A stretch of DNA of 64,000 nucleotides from Rhodospirillaceae bacterium (lineage in GTDB: Bacteria; Pseudomonadota; Alphaproteobacteria; Rhodospirillales; Rhodospirillaceae). The notes below the pieces were generated by a model. That model saw nothing but the letters and a program-made list of their open reading frames with translations, was not told where the DNA came from and ran no database searches. The stretch is from assembly GCA_965228165.1 (NCBI GenBank), contig CBDDHB010000002.1:708449-772448 (forward strand), written 5' to 3'. Of the stretch, positions 64,000-64,000 are shown in pieces. Position 1 is the first letter of the stretch. Each line of letters opens with the position of its first letter. The translations under genes were made by a program, and so were the position numbers.

Positions 64000-64000
64000 C

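Noticed and set aside
45389-64000. Prophage or ICE integrated at tRNA-Thr
   Set aside because: No integrase, phage or conjugation genes, no visible att repeat, and composition similar to the core; only an old accessory region can be supported.

Overview
GC-rich alphaproteobacterial chromosome segment (Rhodospirillales-like by gene order and protein style; inference). About 11.3-43.9 kb is the core translation/transcription supercluster on the minus strand: tRNA-Tyr, tRNA-Gly, tuf, tRNA-Trp, secE, nusG, rplKAJL, rpoBC, rpsLG-fusA-tuf, S10, spc, secY-adk and the alpha operon. Left of it are degQ-rarA-rluC, a divergent DASS transporter, then HAD-asmA-ATP12-acyP-purU and a Sel1-repeat gene. Right of it are rlmB, an unannotated 54-aa ORF with its own promoter, SD and terminator, and tRNA-Thr. 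An accessory region follows: LysR, a pyrE-like PRTase, an M20 amidohydrolase, a diguanylate cyclase, a panE-like gene, potFGHI, a bipartite PAS+MCP energy-taxis pair, a phosphoesterase, dmeF, yqhD, USP, FAH, a globin-coupled MCP and a truncated coiled-coil gene. No CRISPR array, rRNA, integrase or transposase was seen. The best leads are four: (1) the stand-alone small protein; (2) a CUU-UGA (prfB-type) +1 site that would fuse the PAS and MCP genes into an Aer-like receptor; (3) four frameshifts at G/C runs of 7-8 nt, which could be sequencing error or slipped-strand switching; (4) an apparently decaying LysR-PRTase-amidohydrolase module abutting tRNA-Thr. All family assignments come from motif recognition, not database searches.
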